In this document: one piece after another, positions 39,351 to 52,488 of the stretch
Numbering within the stretch: position 1 is the stretch's first letter
Layout: each line of letters opens with the position of its first letter
Assembly (NCBI GenBank): GCA_965285935.1
Contig: OZ260666.1
Location: 37,138,001 to 37,202,000, forward strand
Source: Ophelia neglecta
Lineage: Eukaryota
DNA length: 64,000 bases
Reading direction: 5' to 3'
Position numbers and translations under genes: made by a program
The notes under the pieces: model-generated
Told to the model about the DNA's origin: nothing
The model's input: only the letters and a program-made list of their open reading frames with translations
The model's database searches: none

Positions 39351-39635
39351 TCTATACAGAAAAACCCACGGTAAAGAATCTAACTGATGTAGAGGTCATG
39401 GAACAGGAGGATGCTGTCTTTGAGACAGAGATTACAGGGAAACCAGAACCCACTGTTGAGTGGTTCTCTGGGTCCGTCAAACTGGAGCCTTCTGATAAGG
39501 TTATCATTGAAAAAGAAGAAACAAAGTGCAGACTGACACTGAAGACATGTGAAGTCAATCAGACTGGGCCCATCTCAGTGAAAGCCACTAACGATGTTGG
39601 TTCTGAGAGTTCTAAAGCCAAATTGACAGTCAAAG
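39351..39635 (+). CDS. Repeat unit 3: single-Ig exon
   Basis: tcaacag| ... G|gtatgt. Confidence 0.9.
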
Positions 39636-39942
39636 GTATGTTGTATGCGTTTGGCATTGTGTGGACTTTCTCCTTTTAGTCCCTGTTTGTCGTTTCTACT
39701 AGTGTCCTAAAGTGTATTTATTAAAGAAGTTTCTGCATGTTGATCTACTGAAGGTGTTATGGTATAACACACGTACAAAAATCTCTTGATTCAACATTTT
39801 ATTTATTGTGAAGATCATTAAATGTCATTTGCTTGTAACTAAATTCCCTCACCTTTTGTGTCTCCATTCCATTGGTTGCCAATTACAAGTTTGTTTTTCT
39901 CTGGTTTGTCTTTCACTGTCCATAATACCTCCCTGTTACCAG

Positions 39943-40065
39943 CCCCTGTTGTTGAAGAACTTGTACCTGCAGAAGAGGACACACCAGAGTTTGCTTTTTC
40001 TCTTCCTTCTTCTGAGCCTGAAACTGAAATTGCGACTGTTGAGGAAACAGTTGATATAGTAGAAG
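39943..40065 (+). CDS. Repeat unit 3: acidic linker exon
   Basis: gttaccag| ... G|gtataa. Confidence 0.82.
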
Positions 40066-41025
40066 GTATAAAAATGAGCATGACTTCCCCGTTGCTTATT
40101 AGTTTCTGATATGTTCACTTATATTTAATAGCATCCTGTAGGATTTTAACACAACCGTTTTTCTGCTTAACATTGTTAAGCAGATAGTTTGCATACTGTC
40201 CGCGCATAGATGAAATCATTCATGACTGCTATGTGCAGTTATTAATTCATAGTTATTTTTCCTAAATGCACATATATGTAAGCTTTATGTGTTTGAGGAA
40301 TAATCTTTTGAATTTTCCGTAGCATTTGACTGCTAGGTTTATGGTAATGCCAAGGTTGCACATCCTGTGCTCCCGAATTACCGATAGACAAAAAGTTTTG
40401 TGTCCTACATATAATGATATGGGTCTTCAGGAATGTGATGATAGTTTATTACCCGGGATTTGATTAGTAAAAGGTAATCGAATGGCTCTAGAAATCCCTC
40501 TCTCTAGTGATTTGCTTAATTGTCATGCTGCTAAGATCTGCCTTAGTCATGATTGTTTATGGGCAAACAACAGTCTTAGTTGTGTTTTCGTCCACTGTTC
40601 TCAAAAATACGGTCACAAGATTGTGATCTATGTATGGTCTGTTAACATTCCTACACAGACTAATTGAACAGAACAAACTAGTCTTACATGTTGTCATCAG
40701 TTGTTTTATGTTCTCAAGCATGTGTCTGAATTACTCTTGATTGCCTCATGGATAGGACTATCAGTGTCATATAGAAAGCAGATTCTCTGTTCATTAAACT
40801 GTTTATTGGAAATATGAAATACCTTAATTCTAATTCTGGTAGCATAGTTTATTTCTTCAATATGAACTTTGAAGTTGTGAAACTTAATAAGCTTAGTAAT
40901 GATGGCTTTGTCTGAGGGGTAATTAATATAAATCCTCTTTGAAAATATATCCTTAATTTCTACTGAACTATGAACAAGCCGAGTCTTGTTTGAATAATCA
41001 TATATGGGGCCATGGGATATTACAG

Positions 41026-41201
41026 AGAAGCCAAAGACGCCAGAACCAGAACCAGAACCAGAGCCTGTCGTAGAAGAGCAGGCGCCGGAGCCTGAACCAG
41101 AACCGGAGCCCGTCACCGAAGAGCAGGCCCAAGAGCCTGAGCCTGAACCCAAAAAGCCTGATACGGAACCGCCGAAGTTTACAGAAGTCTACCAAGACAC
41201 T
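41026..41201 (+). CDS. Repeat unit 3: PEVK-like exon (one extra PE dipeptide)
   Basis: attacag| ... ACT|gttagt; 176 nt. Confidence 0.85.
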
Positions 41202-41424
41202 GTTAGTTTTGATTCTTAAACGTTTAAGATTTTAGTCTAGGTATAAATTGTTATGAATGTACTATCGTTTGTCAGTTAGGTACATACTCTGAAAGAATAC
41301 CTCTATATTCTAAGTATGTCCAAAACCGTAACGAAGAAATTGGGTGGGTCCATGAGGTACTTAGTTCTACAAAGAGTCAACTTCCCATAACACCAGATTT
41401 ATTGACGTTTATCTTCGCTTTAAG

Positions 41425-41968
41425 ACCATTGAGGTGAAGAAGAACCTTGTTCTGACTGCCAAAGTCACAGGGAAACCTGAGCCTACTGTCAAGTGGTTTG
41501 TAGACGGAACCGAGATCAAGGCAACATTCAAAATAGTAATGAAGAAAGAGAATGAAGAATGCACACTGACCATCTCAGGGGTCACCTTGAAGATGACAGG
41601 AGTATACAAATGTGTTGCCACCAACGAGGCTGGAGAAGCAGTTCACGAGGCTAAGATAACAGTCTGCGAGAAGATGGAGCCTCCAGTCTTCACACAGAAA
41701 CCAGCAAAGAAGGATGTTGTTGAGGGCAGCCCAGCTAAATTTGAGGCCAAGGTTAAAGGCGTTCCGCTTCCTGAGGTAATCTTGTACCGAGGCGAGGAAG
41801 AGGTTGTGCCGACTGAGCGTGTCACATTGACCACCAAGGAGGTGAAGGGTATTGTCCACACCATTCTCACATATGACAAGTGTGTTGTGGAGGACATATG
41901 TGACCTCAAATGTGTTGCCAAGAATCCGGCTGGAGAAGCAACTTGCACTACTACACTCAATGTGAAAC
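41425..41968 (+). CDS. Repeat unit 4: two-Ig exon
   Basis: ctttaag| ... C|gtacgc. Confidence 0.9.
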
Positions 41969-42185
41969 GTACGCATGCTTTGACGTTTAAGCATGCTTTT
42001 CAAATTTCCCAATAATTTCCAGGGTTTCTTTCATGTAAAGGTGATGCTTTGTAGGTAAAGCCAAAGAATACTATTATATATTTCAAGTATATGATTAATT
42101 GGAAAGCTCTGGCACGGAAGCAATATTTGTTTGTAAATGTTGGCCACATTTAAATTAGTTTTCTCTTCCTTGGTATTATCAACAG

Positions 42186-42470
42186 TCTATACAGAAAAAC
42201 CCACGGTAAAGAATCTAACTGATGTAGAGATCATGGAACAGGAGGATGCTGTCTTTGAGACAGAGATTACAGGGCAACCAGAACCCACGGTTGAGTGGTT
42301 CTCTGGGTCCGTCAAACTGGAGCCTTCTGATAAGGTTATTATTGAAAAAGAAGATACAAAGTGCAGACTGACACTAAAGACATGTGAAGTCAATCAGACT
42401 GGGCCCATCTCAGTGAAAGCCACAAACGATGTTGGTTCTGAGAGTTCTAAAGCCAAATTGACAGTCAAAG
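42186..42470 (+). CDS. Repeat unit 4: single-Ig exon
   Basis: tcaacag| ... G|gtatgt. Confidence 0.9.
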
Positions 42471-42777
42471 GTATGTTGTATGCGTTTGGCATTGTGTGGA
42501 CTTTCTCCTTTTATTCCCTGTTTGTCGTTTCTACTAGTGTCCTAAAGTGTATTTATTAAAGAAGTTTCTGCATGTTGATCTACTGAAGGTGAGATGGTAT
42601 AACACACGTACAAAAATCTCTTGATTCAACATTTTATTTATTGTGCAGATCATTAAATGTCATTTGCTTGTAACTAAATTCCCTCACCTTTTGTGTCTCC
42701 TTTCCGTTGGTTGCCAAATATAAGTGTGTTTTTCCATGGTTTGTCTTTCACTGTCCATAATACCTCCATGTTACCAG

Positions 42778-42900
42778 CCCCTGTTGTTGAAGAACTTGTG
42801 CCTGAAGAAGATGACACCACAGAGTTCGCTTTTTCTCTTCCTTCTCCTGAGCCTGAATTTGAAATTGCGACTGTTGAGGAAACAGTTGATATAGTAGAAG
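42778..42900 (+). CDS. Repeat unit 4: acidic linker exon
   Basis: gttaccag| ... G|gtatag. Confidence 0.82.
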
Positions 42901-43859
42901 GTATAGAAATGAGCATGACTTTCCCCGTTGCCTATGAATTTCTGATATGTTCGTTTATATTTAATAGCATCCATAAGGATTTGAACACAACTGTTGTTTT
43001 CTGTTTAACATTGTTAAGCATATAGTTTGCATACTGTCCGCGCATAGATGAAATCATTCATGACTGCTATGTGCAGTTTATTAATTGATAGTTATTTTTC
43101 CTAAATGCACATATGTAAGCTTTATGTGTTTGAAGAATAATCTTTTCAATTTTCCGTAGCATTTGTCTCCTAGTTTTATGGTAATGCTAAGGTTGCACAT
43201 CCTGTGCTCCCGAATTACCGATAGACAGAAAGTTTTGTGTCCTACATATAATGATATGGGTGTTCGGGAATGTAATGATAGTTTATTAGCCGGGATTTGA
43301 TTAGTAATAGGTAATCGAATGGCACTAGAAACCCCTCTCTCTAGTGATTTGCTTGATTGTCATCCTGCTAAGATCTGCCTTAGTCATGATTGTTTATGGG
43401 CAAACCACAGTCTTAGTTGTGTTTTCGTCCACTGTTCTCAAAAATACGGTCACAAGATTGTGATCTATGTATGGTCTGTTAACATTCCTACACAGACTAA
43501 TTGAACAGAACAAACTAGTCTTACATGTTGTCATCAGTTGTTTTATGTTCTCAAGCATGTGTCAGAAATACCCATGTTTGCCATTGGAATATGACTATAA
43601 GTGTCATATAGAAAGCAGATTCACTGTTCATTAACTGTTTATTGGAAATATGAAATACCTTAATTCTAATTCTGGTAGCATGGTTTATTTCTTCAATATG
43701 AACTTTGAAGTTGTGAAACTTAATAAGCTTAGTAATGATGGCTTTGTCTGGGGGGTAATTAATATAAATCCTCTGAAAATATATCCTTAATTTCTACTGA
43801 ACTATGAACAAGCCGAGTTTTGTTTGAATAATCATATATGGGGCCATGGGATATTACAG

Positions 43860-44029
43860 AGAAACCAAAGACGCCAGAACCAGAACAAGAGCCTTTTGTA
43901 GAAGAGCAGGCGCCGGAGCCTGAACCAGAACCGGAGCCCGTCATCGAAGAGCAGGCACCAGAGCCTGAACCAGAGCCCAAAAAGCCTGATACGGAACCGC
44001 CGAAGTTTACAGAAGTCTACCAAGACACT
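43860..44029 (+). CDS. Repeat unit 4: PEVK-like exon
   Basis: attacag| ... ACT|gttagt. Confidence 0.85.
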
Positions 44030-44258
44030 GTTAGTTTTGATTCTTAAAAGTTATAGATTGTAGTCCACTTATAAATTGTTATCATATGTATGTACTATCG
44101 TTTGTCAGTTAGATCCACATTATGAAAGAATACCTCTATATTCTAAGTAAGCCCAAAACCATAATGAAAAAAAATTGAGTGTGTCCATGAGTTTCTTAGT
44201 TCTACAAAGAGTCAGCTCCCAAAGCTCTAGATTTATTGATGTTTTTCTTCGCTTTAAG

Positions 44259-44802
44259 ACCATTGAGGTGAAGAAGAACCTTGTTCTGACTGCCAAAGTC
44301 ACAGGGAAACCTGAGCCTACTGTCAAATGGTTTGTAGACGGAACCGAGATCAAGCCAACATTCAAAATAGTAATGAAGAAAGAGAATGAAGTATGCACAC
44401 TGACCATCTCAGGGGTCACCTTGAAGATGACAGGAATGTACAAATGTGTTGCCACCAACGAGGCTGGAGAAGCAGTTCACGAGGCTAAGATAACAGTCTG
44501 CGAGAAGATGGAGCCTCCAGTCTTCACACAGAAACCAGCAAAGAAGGATGTTGTTGAGGGCAGCTCAGCTAAATTTGAGGCCAAGGTCAAAGGCGTTCCG
44601 GTTCCTGAGGTGATCTGGTACCGAGGCGAGGAAGAGGTTGTGCCGACTGAGCGTGTCACATTGACCACCAAGGAGGTGAAGGGTATTGTCCACACCATTC
44701 TCACAGTTGACAAGTGTGTTGTGGAGGACATATGTGACCTCAAATGTGTTGCCAAGAATCCGGCTGGAGAAGCAACTTGCACTACTACACTCAATGTGAA
44801 AC
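44259..44802 (+). CDS. Repeat unit 5: two-Ig exon
   Basis: ctttaag| ... C|gtacgc. Confidence 0.9.
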
Positions 44803-45011
44803 GTACGCATGCTTTGACGTTTAAGCATGCTAAACATTTTCCTGATTTCATAATAGTGGCCATGGTTTCTTTTACTTAATGGTGTTGCTTTGTAGCTAAA
44901 GCAAAAGAATACTTCTTTATATTTTAAATTTATGAATAATCTGAAAGCTCTGGCATGGAAACAATATTATCTTGGAAATGTTGGCCACATTTGAATTATT
45001 ATTCTCAACAG

Positions 45012-45296
45012 TCTATACAGAAAAACCCACGGTAAAGAATCTAACTGATGAAGAGATCATGGAACAGGAGGATGCTGTCTTTGAGACAGAGATTACAGGG
45101 AAACCAGAACCCACTGTTGAGTGGTTCTCTGGGTCCGTCAAACTGGAGCCTTCTGATAAGGTTATCATTGAAAAAGAAGATACAAAGTGCAGACTGACCC
45201 TAAAGACATGTGAAGTCAATCAGACTGGACCCATCTCAGTGACAGCCACCAATGACGTTGGTTCTGAGAGTTCTAAGGCCAAACTGACAGTCAAAG
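45012..45296 (+). CDS. Repeat unit 5: single-Ig exon
   Basis: ctcaacag| ... G|gtatgt. Confidence 0.9.
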
Positions 45297-45314
45297 GTAT
45301 GTTCTGTGTGAACA

Positions 45315-45508
45315 TGCATGTTATCGTATCACATGTCTGAATTAATATTTAAATAAAAACATATATTATCCATAGTCATGTTCTCTTAGGGAACTTGTTT
45401 GGATTTTATTTTTTAATGAATTTCAAAATGTGTATATGTTGTTCATTTATTGACAAATTTGTTTGTATTGCATGCCGACATTTTTATTGTGTTTATGTTA
45501 TCTGCATG
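45315..45508 (+). promoter_or_regulatory. Cluster of three TGCATG (RBFOX-type) intronic splicing elements ahead of the Ig exon array
   Basis: TGCATG at 45315, 45469, 45503, within ~210 nt of the donor at 45296; function is inferred. Confidence 0.45.
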
Positions 45509-46853
45509 ATCAGCTAGCTACTGTTTCAACTCGATGTTTTTTACGGAGTGCTGTTTGACATTTTCTTTGTGTGATCAACTTGTGGGTTTGTTGAATAGCC
45601 CGTAATGAAATAATTACCATGTTGAGCGGACGGGCTTAGCATCAACCAGCATATGTATTGGAACATACAATTATGGTTCTTCATCTAGATCTCCCCTCCC
45701 CACAAAAAGCTTGAGCGAATGTTACTTAACCTTTCTATGGCAGTTTAAGAAATGGGATAAAACATTAGTGGCTTGTTTGCCAGCTGCCGCGTTTTTAAGC
45801 CTCAGCAAAAACCTCGAACATTCTATATATCGGGTACTTTTAGGGACATTCTTAACAGGTGTGACGCAAAGGTATTTGTGTAAAGTATATGGCTTATTTA
45901 TTCACCATAAGGCCATGAATATAATTATCTAGTTCTAAGAAATATTCATATTATATGTTATTAATCATTGTTTCGATATTTGAACTTTGGCATCTATTGG
46001 TTTCCTTCTTAAATTGACTGTGAGTCGATGATACAGTACGGGGAAGACTGTTCACACAGCCTGCAAGCCCTAAACCTATTTATCATTTTTACACGTTAGC
46101 AGTTCCACTGACAGTTCTATGAAATAGGTATTTTGGAGTTGGATAATCATTGAATAACAGTATTAATGGTATTAATGGTTCATTTATGTAAATAAACCTC
46201 TAGGATTGATCCAGAAAATTTTATCTGAATATTGTGTGCTCATGTACGATACTTTGTATGCTGGCAATGTTGGGAACATTGATAGATGAATGCTGTTTCA
46301 TATACACGGGGCTTCATCGGATGTTATGTCGTGTCAAATTCCCTTTGTGAGCAATGTAGTACCTAGATATGACTTACTTGGATAATTGTGTTTCCATTGG
46401 CGCAACATTTTCACCTGCAATTATATCCCCAGAAACTCCAATTTCAGAACTTTACTGATGCCAAACAAAGGCATAAATATATCATTGATGTATGTGTTTA
46501 CAAATATGTATATACATTTCTATTATAATTGTCTGAAATTAATTTTCGAACGTCACGTCTTTTAGGGCTTTACCTGAATAGTCACGGGATTAAAAAACAC
46601 ATTGTTGTGAGGCTGTAGATAAATTGAATAAGTCAATGCTTTTAGTTAAGGCTAAAATGTGACTATAAGTGGGCTTTCATAATGAAAGAATATGCTTTGA
46701 AGATAAAATCTTGTCCTAGGCATATATTCTTTTGTTTAAGGTTAGGCTTTGGTATTCCTTTGTATATAGCTCTTTGCTTTACGTTGTCTTCATGCAATAG
46801 TATTTTCCCTTTAAGAAAATTCAAAGAAAAGCAAATTCACACTTTCATTACAG

Positions 46854-47138
46854 TGAAATGTCTGAAGCCCACACTTTCAAAACTCGAAAACGTACTGATA
46901 ATGGAACAAATGGATGCTGGTTTTAAAACAGTTGTAACAGGAAAGCCTGTGCCCAAAGTGGATTGGTTTCGAGGTGTTGTACAACTTGCCCCCTCAGAGA
47001 CAGTTGTCATTGAGACCGATCATGAAGAGTGCACACTCATTTTGAAGTCCTGTCAAGTTTATCAGACTGGATCCATTTCTGTGAAAGCAACCAATGAGGC
47101 TGGTTCAGCGAATGCAGTTGCAATGCTCACTGTACAAG
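46854..47138 (+). CDS. Ig array exon 1
   Basis: ttacag| ... G|gtccag; 285 nt. Confidence 0.8.
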
Positions 47139-47322
47139 GTCCAGTCACTAAAAATATACTGTTTATCATATATGTAGTTATTGTTACTTCTCCTGGAAGG
47201 CTGTGTCATCTACCCGATTATGCTGTTTTAAATTAAAAGACCTTTTCCTAACAATAGTCCATTACTACTTGTTCCATAACCATACCAATTATTATGTTTT
47301 TCTTTCGTATTGTGATATTTAG

Positions 47323-47607
47323 AATTAACAAAGAAACCTACAATATCCGGGTTGATGGATGTAGAAATCTTAGAAGAGAAAGATGCAAAATTTGAAATAA
47401 ATGCAATTGGTAAACCTGATCCAGTTGTAGAATGGTTCCTTGGCAATACAAAGTTAGATCCATCTGATAGAGTGACTATATCTCAGGATAGTTTGTGTCA
47501 TCGGCTTATCATACACCAATGCGGAATGAATGATTCGGGTAATGTGACTGCCAAAGCATCCAATAAAGCTGGTGTCTGTACCGAAGAAGCTAAATTGATT
47601 ATCATAG
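47323..47607 (+). CDS. Ig array exon 2
   Basis: atttag| ... G|gtttga; 285 nt. Confidence 0.82.
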
Positions 47608-48331
47608 GTTTGAACATTTTTGTATTTTTCGGATTATGTTGCTATCATGTCCTTCTTTATTACATATATTATAAGATGCAAGAAAAACAGCTTGACAGTT
47701 CTGTACAGTCCCTGGCTTCCATTTCTGAAAGCACGTCTGCTATTTCGAATTCTTCTTAGAATGAATATAGCTTGATACTTTCTTACACACCTTGGCTTGC
47801 CTTTCTGGAAGCGCATCTTGCATATCTTTGTCTTTTACTTTCGGTTTCCCACACAATTATTAGTGGCAAATAAATGAACTAGGAAATTGATTCAATCAGT
47901 ATGACTATTTCTATAGATGAAAGACTCATAGGATTAAATTGTACGAAACCAAGCATTACATTGTGCTTGTATAGAATAAATTGATCATTATAGTTATTGC
48001 TATACTATTGCGTGATTAAGAGTTGATCAATGCTCTAAGGCTGGCTTGATTTGTATGATTCTATAAACATTTTCCTGTCCACTTTTTGCACCCACATTCC
48101 TTGGAACTTCGTATTTAAGATAAGTGAAAAGGAATTGCCCTTTGGTACGAATTTCAAATTATTTTCTCTATTTCACTCTGCGTTCAAGCTTTCTTTACTG
48201 ATAATTTCTAGTGATAGTAAAAGTGTCACAACTGTCAACCATCTGATGCTTCAGCTCGTTAACTTTCGTAAGAATTATTATTTCTATCTTTTCTGTTTAA
48301 TCTATTAATTAGAAAGGGTATATTTATTTAG

Positions 48332-48616
48332 AATTGTCTGAAGAACCATTTTTGACCAGACCGCAAAATGTCCAAATAATGGAGAATGAAAGCGCATCGT
48401 TTGAAACAACTGCGACTGGGAAGCCGCCCCCTGCAGTAAAATGGTTTATTGGGGCTAATGAAATTGTATCATCTAATGATTTCATATGCCAAAAGGATGA
48501 CCAAAAATACACCTTGACAATTCAGAAATGTCAGGTGGAACACAGTGGAACCATTACAGCAGAGGCGATGAACACAGCTGGTTCCTATAAAGTATCCAGT
48601 AATATTCTGGTCAAAG
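48332..48616 (+). CDS. Ig array exon 3
   Basis: atttag| ... G|gtttga; 285 nt. Confidence 0.82.
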
Positions 48617-48779
48617 GTTTGATATTAGTATATGAAACATCAAGGGAAAGCTATATGGTTTACGATTAATAATCAGCGTTTGACATTATGTTAAAAGCCA
48701 ATATTATCTCATAGCATTACTTTACAAAAGCTTTGGTACATACTTTTTATTATTGTATTAACCAGTATTCTATCAACAG

Positions 48780-49064
48780 AAATCTTGGAATCGCCCACTC
48801 TTTCTGCCATAAATGATGTTCAAATAACAGAAACAGAAGATGCCCTATTCAAAACAATCGCAACTGGGAAGCCTAAACCAAACGTAGAGTGGTTTATAGG
48901 CAATACATTGCTGGAAGAATCTGACATTGTTCAAATAGAGAATGACAATGACACGCATGTTCTCATGTTAAAGTCATGCGTTGTGCAACAGTCGGGTCAT
49001 ATCAGGGTGACAGCGTGTAACAAGGCAGGGTTTTGTGCAGCAGAGGCTAATCTGATGGTCAACG
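48780..49064 (+). CDS. Ig array exon 4
   Basis: caacag| ... G|gtgtgt; 285 nt. Confidence 0.82.
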
Positions 49065-49173
49065 GTGTGTTGTTGTTCATTTCTCCTTTCTAACTTTATA
49101 CACTTGCCAAACTATTGATTGTCTGTTAAGGACAAATGATGTAGTAAAAATATATAATTTTCTTTTACAACAG

Positions 49174-49458
49174 AGGCACTCTGTGCGCCCACTGTGACAC
49201 AACCCCGAAATGTAGTAATTACTGAACAAGATGATGCTATATTTGAGACCACAGCCACTGGCAAACCTGAGCCTATCATTGAATGGTATAAAGGTTCAAA
49301 AAAACTGACCAACAGTGATAATGTCGTTATTGACGATGTCGAAAATACCAGTAAAATAGTATTGAAGAATTGTCAAGTGGAAGATGGAGGACATGTCACA
49401 GTTAAAGCCACCAGTATTGCTGGAACCTGTTCTGCTGAAGCCAGGCTAACAGTGAAAG
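49174..49458 (+). CDS. Ig array exon 5 (type A)
   Basis: caacag| ... G|gttata; 285 nt. Confidence 0.82.
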
Positions 49459-49564
49459 GTTATAGCTATGCACTTTAAACCATAAAATTTCTGTTATGTA
49501 TTTACAAAAAATATATCTCACAAACTAATTCATTACAGGCATACATTGCTCATATCGTTCACAG

Positions 49565-49849
49565 AAATCCTGGAGTGTCCCGAAGCCACTAGCCCAGCAG
49601 ATGTCGAGATATTCGAAAATGACAATGCTGTGTTTGAAACTAGTATAAAAGGAAGGCCTGAACCTCAAGTGCAATGGTTCTGTGGCCCTAATATATTAGT
49701 GGCATCTGATGAAATCCTTATTGAAAGGGAAGGCTCAGTGCATAGGATAACATTGAAATCATGCCAGCTAGACCAGTCTGGGACACTACAAGTGAAGGCA
49801 TCAAGCAAAGCGGGAACAGTAACTAGGGATGCTTTACTTGTGGTGAAAG
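49565..49849 (+). CDS. Ig array exon 6 (type B)
   Basis: tcacag| ... G|gtgttt; 285 nt. Confidence 0.82.
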
Positions 49850-50063
49850 GTGTTTTGAAACTTTTTTCCTGATGATGTTTTTGTGCATTCAAGCAAGTTA
49901 CAAGAATAAGTTTTTATATCACCTATCAGATATGTGATAAATATTTGGATGGTCGAACCATCTTTTTTAGGAATTTTGTTTAGTGTCAGACAAAGGCATT
50001 TGGTAAAACTACCCATCAGTTTTTTTGTGCAGCTTCCAATATCACATGTTTGTATTTATTTAG

Positions 50064-50348
50064 AAATAACTGATGAGCCAACCATGAAACAGTTTGATGA
50101 TGTTGAAATTATGGAATTTGAAAATGCTGTTTTTGAAACCTCCTCCTCTGGCACGCCGAAGCCAATTGTTGAATGGTTCTATGGCTTAAACAAACTCAGG
50201 CCTTCGAACCGAATCATTATTGAAGAAAGAGATAACATTCATAGATTGGTGATTGAGAGTTGCAATATTGAAGACTCAGGGCTCATAACTGCTAAGGCAA
50301 CTAATATTGCAGGATCTTGTTCAAAAGTTGCAAAGGTGACAGTGAAAG
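50064..50348 (+). CDS. Ig array exon 7 (A)
   Basis: atttag| ... G|gtaaac; 285 nt. Confidence 0.82.
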
Positions 50349-51247
50349 GTAAACATTTTTGCTGTTATTTAATGCACATATAGTTTGATTATCTAAACCC
50401 TGATAATCCCCCAGTTTGACTTATTGCTATCTCTGTTCTACATTATACTAGGGCCTCATATATTATAACTAGAGCCACCTAAAGTTAATAAAGTGATTGT
50501 CAAGCATGTCTCCTTCCATCATGGCCACCAAGTAGTGATATTGCTTATAAATTGATCCGATGAGCAATAAACAATAAATGTCACCGGCTGCCTGCATCAG
50601 CATAGTCAGGCGTGGTGAAAAAAAAGTGCTCTCCTTTGGTGGGAGTAAAAATAATCTTCTGCAACCCGCATTACAGTTTGTTTCCACATCACGCTTGACA
50701 TTCTAAAGAAAACCATGTGTCAGTGGTTCGATGACTAGTCTTATTACTTTACCAGTTAGCCAAAAGTCACACATAAATGCCTTAAAGTCAAGTAGGAATG
50801 GTAACATTAACGGAAGTTATTATAACTAAGCACTATAAACACTTGTTTTGCTTTAGAGTTGCCATGCGTTAGTGGGGCAAAACCAAGTGCCCTCACAATA
50901 TATTTTTTGTGGAATCTAAAATCTCTCCGCCCTCACTCTATACTGTATGAATCAGAGGAGGTGTCTGAGAACCTCCTGTTTCTGGACCTAAGGATAAAGC
51001 CCCACCCCCCACCCCTAACCCGTCTTATTTGTTAAAACAAAATACCCGAGAATCACTTTATCAACTTGGGGTGGCCTGGATTAATTTTGCAATTAAAATA
51101 AGATATCAAATATGCTCGGCTTGTTTTTAGTCATAGACCCGACTCTATGTACTGCCACTTCACTCATATGTGTTAAGTGTCAGCATGAGCAAATCATTCA
51201 TGACCGTTAAAAGTTTAACTGTTAACAGCAAATTGTTTTTCGAATAG

Positions 51248-51532
51248 AAATCCTAGAGTCTCCTTCTTTGACAAAACCAAAAGCGATGACAATATGGGAA
51301 ATGGAAGATGCCTCGTTTCAAACAATTGTATGTGGGAAACCAGAGCCTGACGTCCAGTGGTATTTTGGAAGCGACCTCTTAAACCCATCAGAAACTTTTG
51401 AGTTTGAAAAAGAGGATAATGTGCATAGGTTGATAGTAAAGTCATGTCAGCTGCACATGTCTGGAACAATTCAGGTCGTAGCTACAAATAAGGTTGGGGA
51501 GGAATCTTGTGAAACCAATTTAATGGTTAAAG
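51248..51532 (+). CDS. Ig array exon 8 (B)
   Basis: gaatag| ... G|gtgcat; 285 nt. Confidence 0.82.
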
Positions 51533-51685
51533 GTGCATATGAATTCTGTAGTAGTCAACATTTAACACAATTTATTTTAATTATTAAACTTATTTTTTAA
51601 ACACCATCGGAAAGTCCTCTGGGTACGGCCCTCCACTGTATCAGGTTTCCCATTTCCTATAATTTGTATATTTTAATTAACATAG

Positions 51686-51970
51686 AACAAGAAATGGCAC
51701 CAACTTTGACCCAAATAAGAAACGTGACAATTATGGAAAACGGACAGGCAGTTTTTGAGACCTCTACTACTGGTAAACCAATACCGTCTGTGGAATGGTT
51801 TCATGACCTGGCACTTGTTCGGCCTTCTGAAGATATCATAATGGAGGAAATTGGAAACAACCACAGACTAATATTGATGAGATGTCTAATTGATGACGCT
51901 GGATGTTACACTGTAAAGGCATCTAATGTGGCTGGATCATGTCTGGCTAAGGCTGAACTTACAGTCAAAG
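51686..51970 (+). CDS. Ig array exon 9 (A)
   Basis: acatag| ... G|gttgac; 285 nt. Confidence 0.82.
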
Positions 51971-52074
51971 GTTGACTTCACTTTACTAATAGAAAATAGC
52001 AGTACAATATCCATAATTTTGAAATCGGTTCATGCAAATGATTACATTAACTCTGTTACTTATTCACATAACAG

Positions 52075-52359
52075 AAATTCTAGAGAAGCCAAAGGTGACA
52101 AAACCAGCTGATATTGAAATAGTTGAGATGGAAGACGCAGTGTTTGAATCTGAAATAACTGGATACCCAGAGCCCCATATTGAATGGTACAGTGGACCCA
52201 ACTTGCTAGAAGGGTCTGACAATGTTTTGATTGAAAAATGTGCCAATATTGGTCGGCTGGTACTGAAATCCTGTTCAATGGAGCAGTCTGGAACTATTGA
52301 AATAAGAGCAACCAATGAGGCTGGTACGACATTCAGCGAGGCTTCTCTTGCAGTGAAAG
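52075..52359 (+). CDS. Ig array exon 10 (B)
   Basis: taacag| ... G|gtagaa; 285 nt. Confidence 0.82.
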
Positions 52360-52488
52360 GTAGAATCATGACTCGACCTTTTACACAATTTGTCGTCAAA
52401 ACCAGACCAACTTTTTGAATTCTTGTCTACATGCCCTGTTTGTTTTCTAGAATTATCCAAGAATATATATAGTGTGTTTATGTTATAG

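Larger units (their letters stand above)
32960..45300 (+). repeat. Tandem segmental duplication, ~2.8-kb unit, ~4.4 copies, exons and introns conserved
   Basis: Ig-Ig exon starts at 32970, 35775, 38587, 41425, 44259 (spacing 2805-2838); introns align between copies. Confidence 0.96.

Noticed and set aside
32906-45219. Repeated minus-strand ORFs (e.g. MVATHLYTP..., MGSGSGSG...)
   Set aside because: Antisense shadows of duplicated Ig and PEVK exons.
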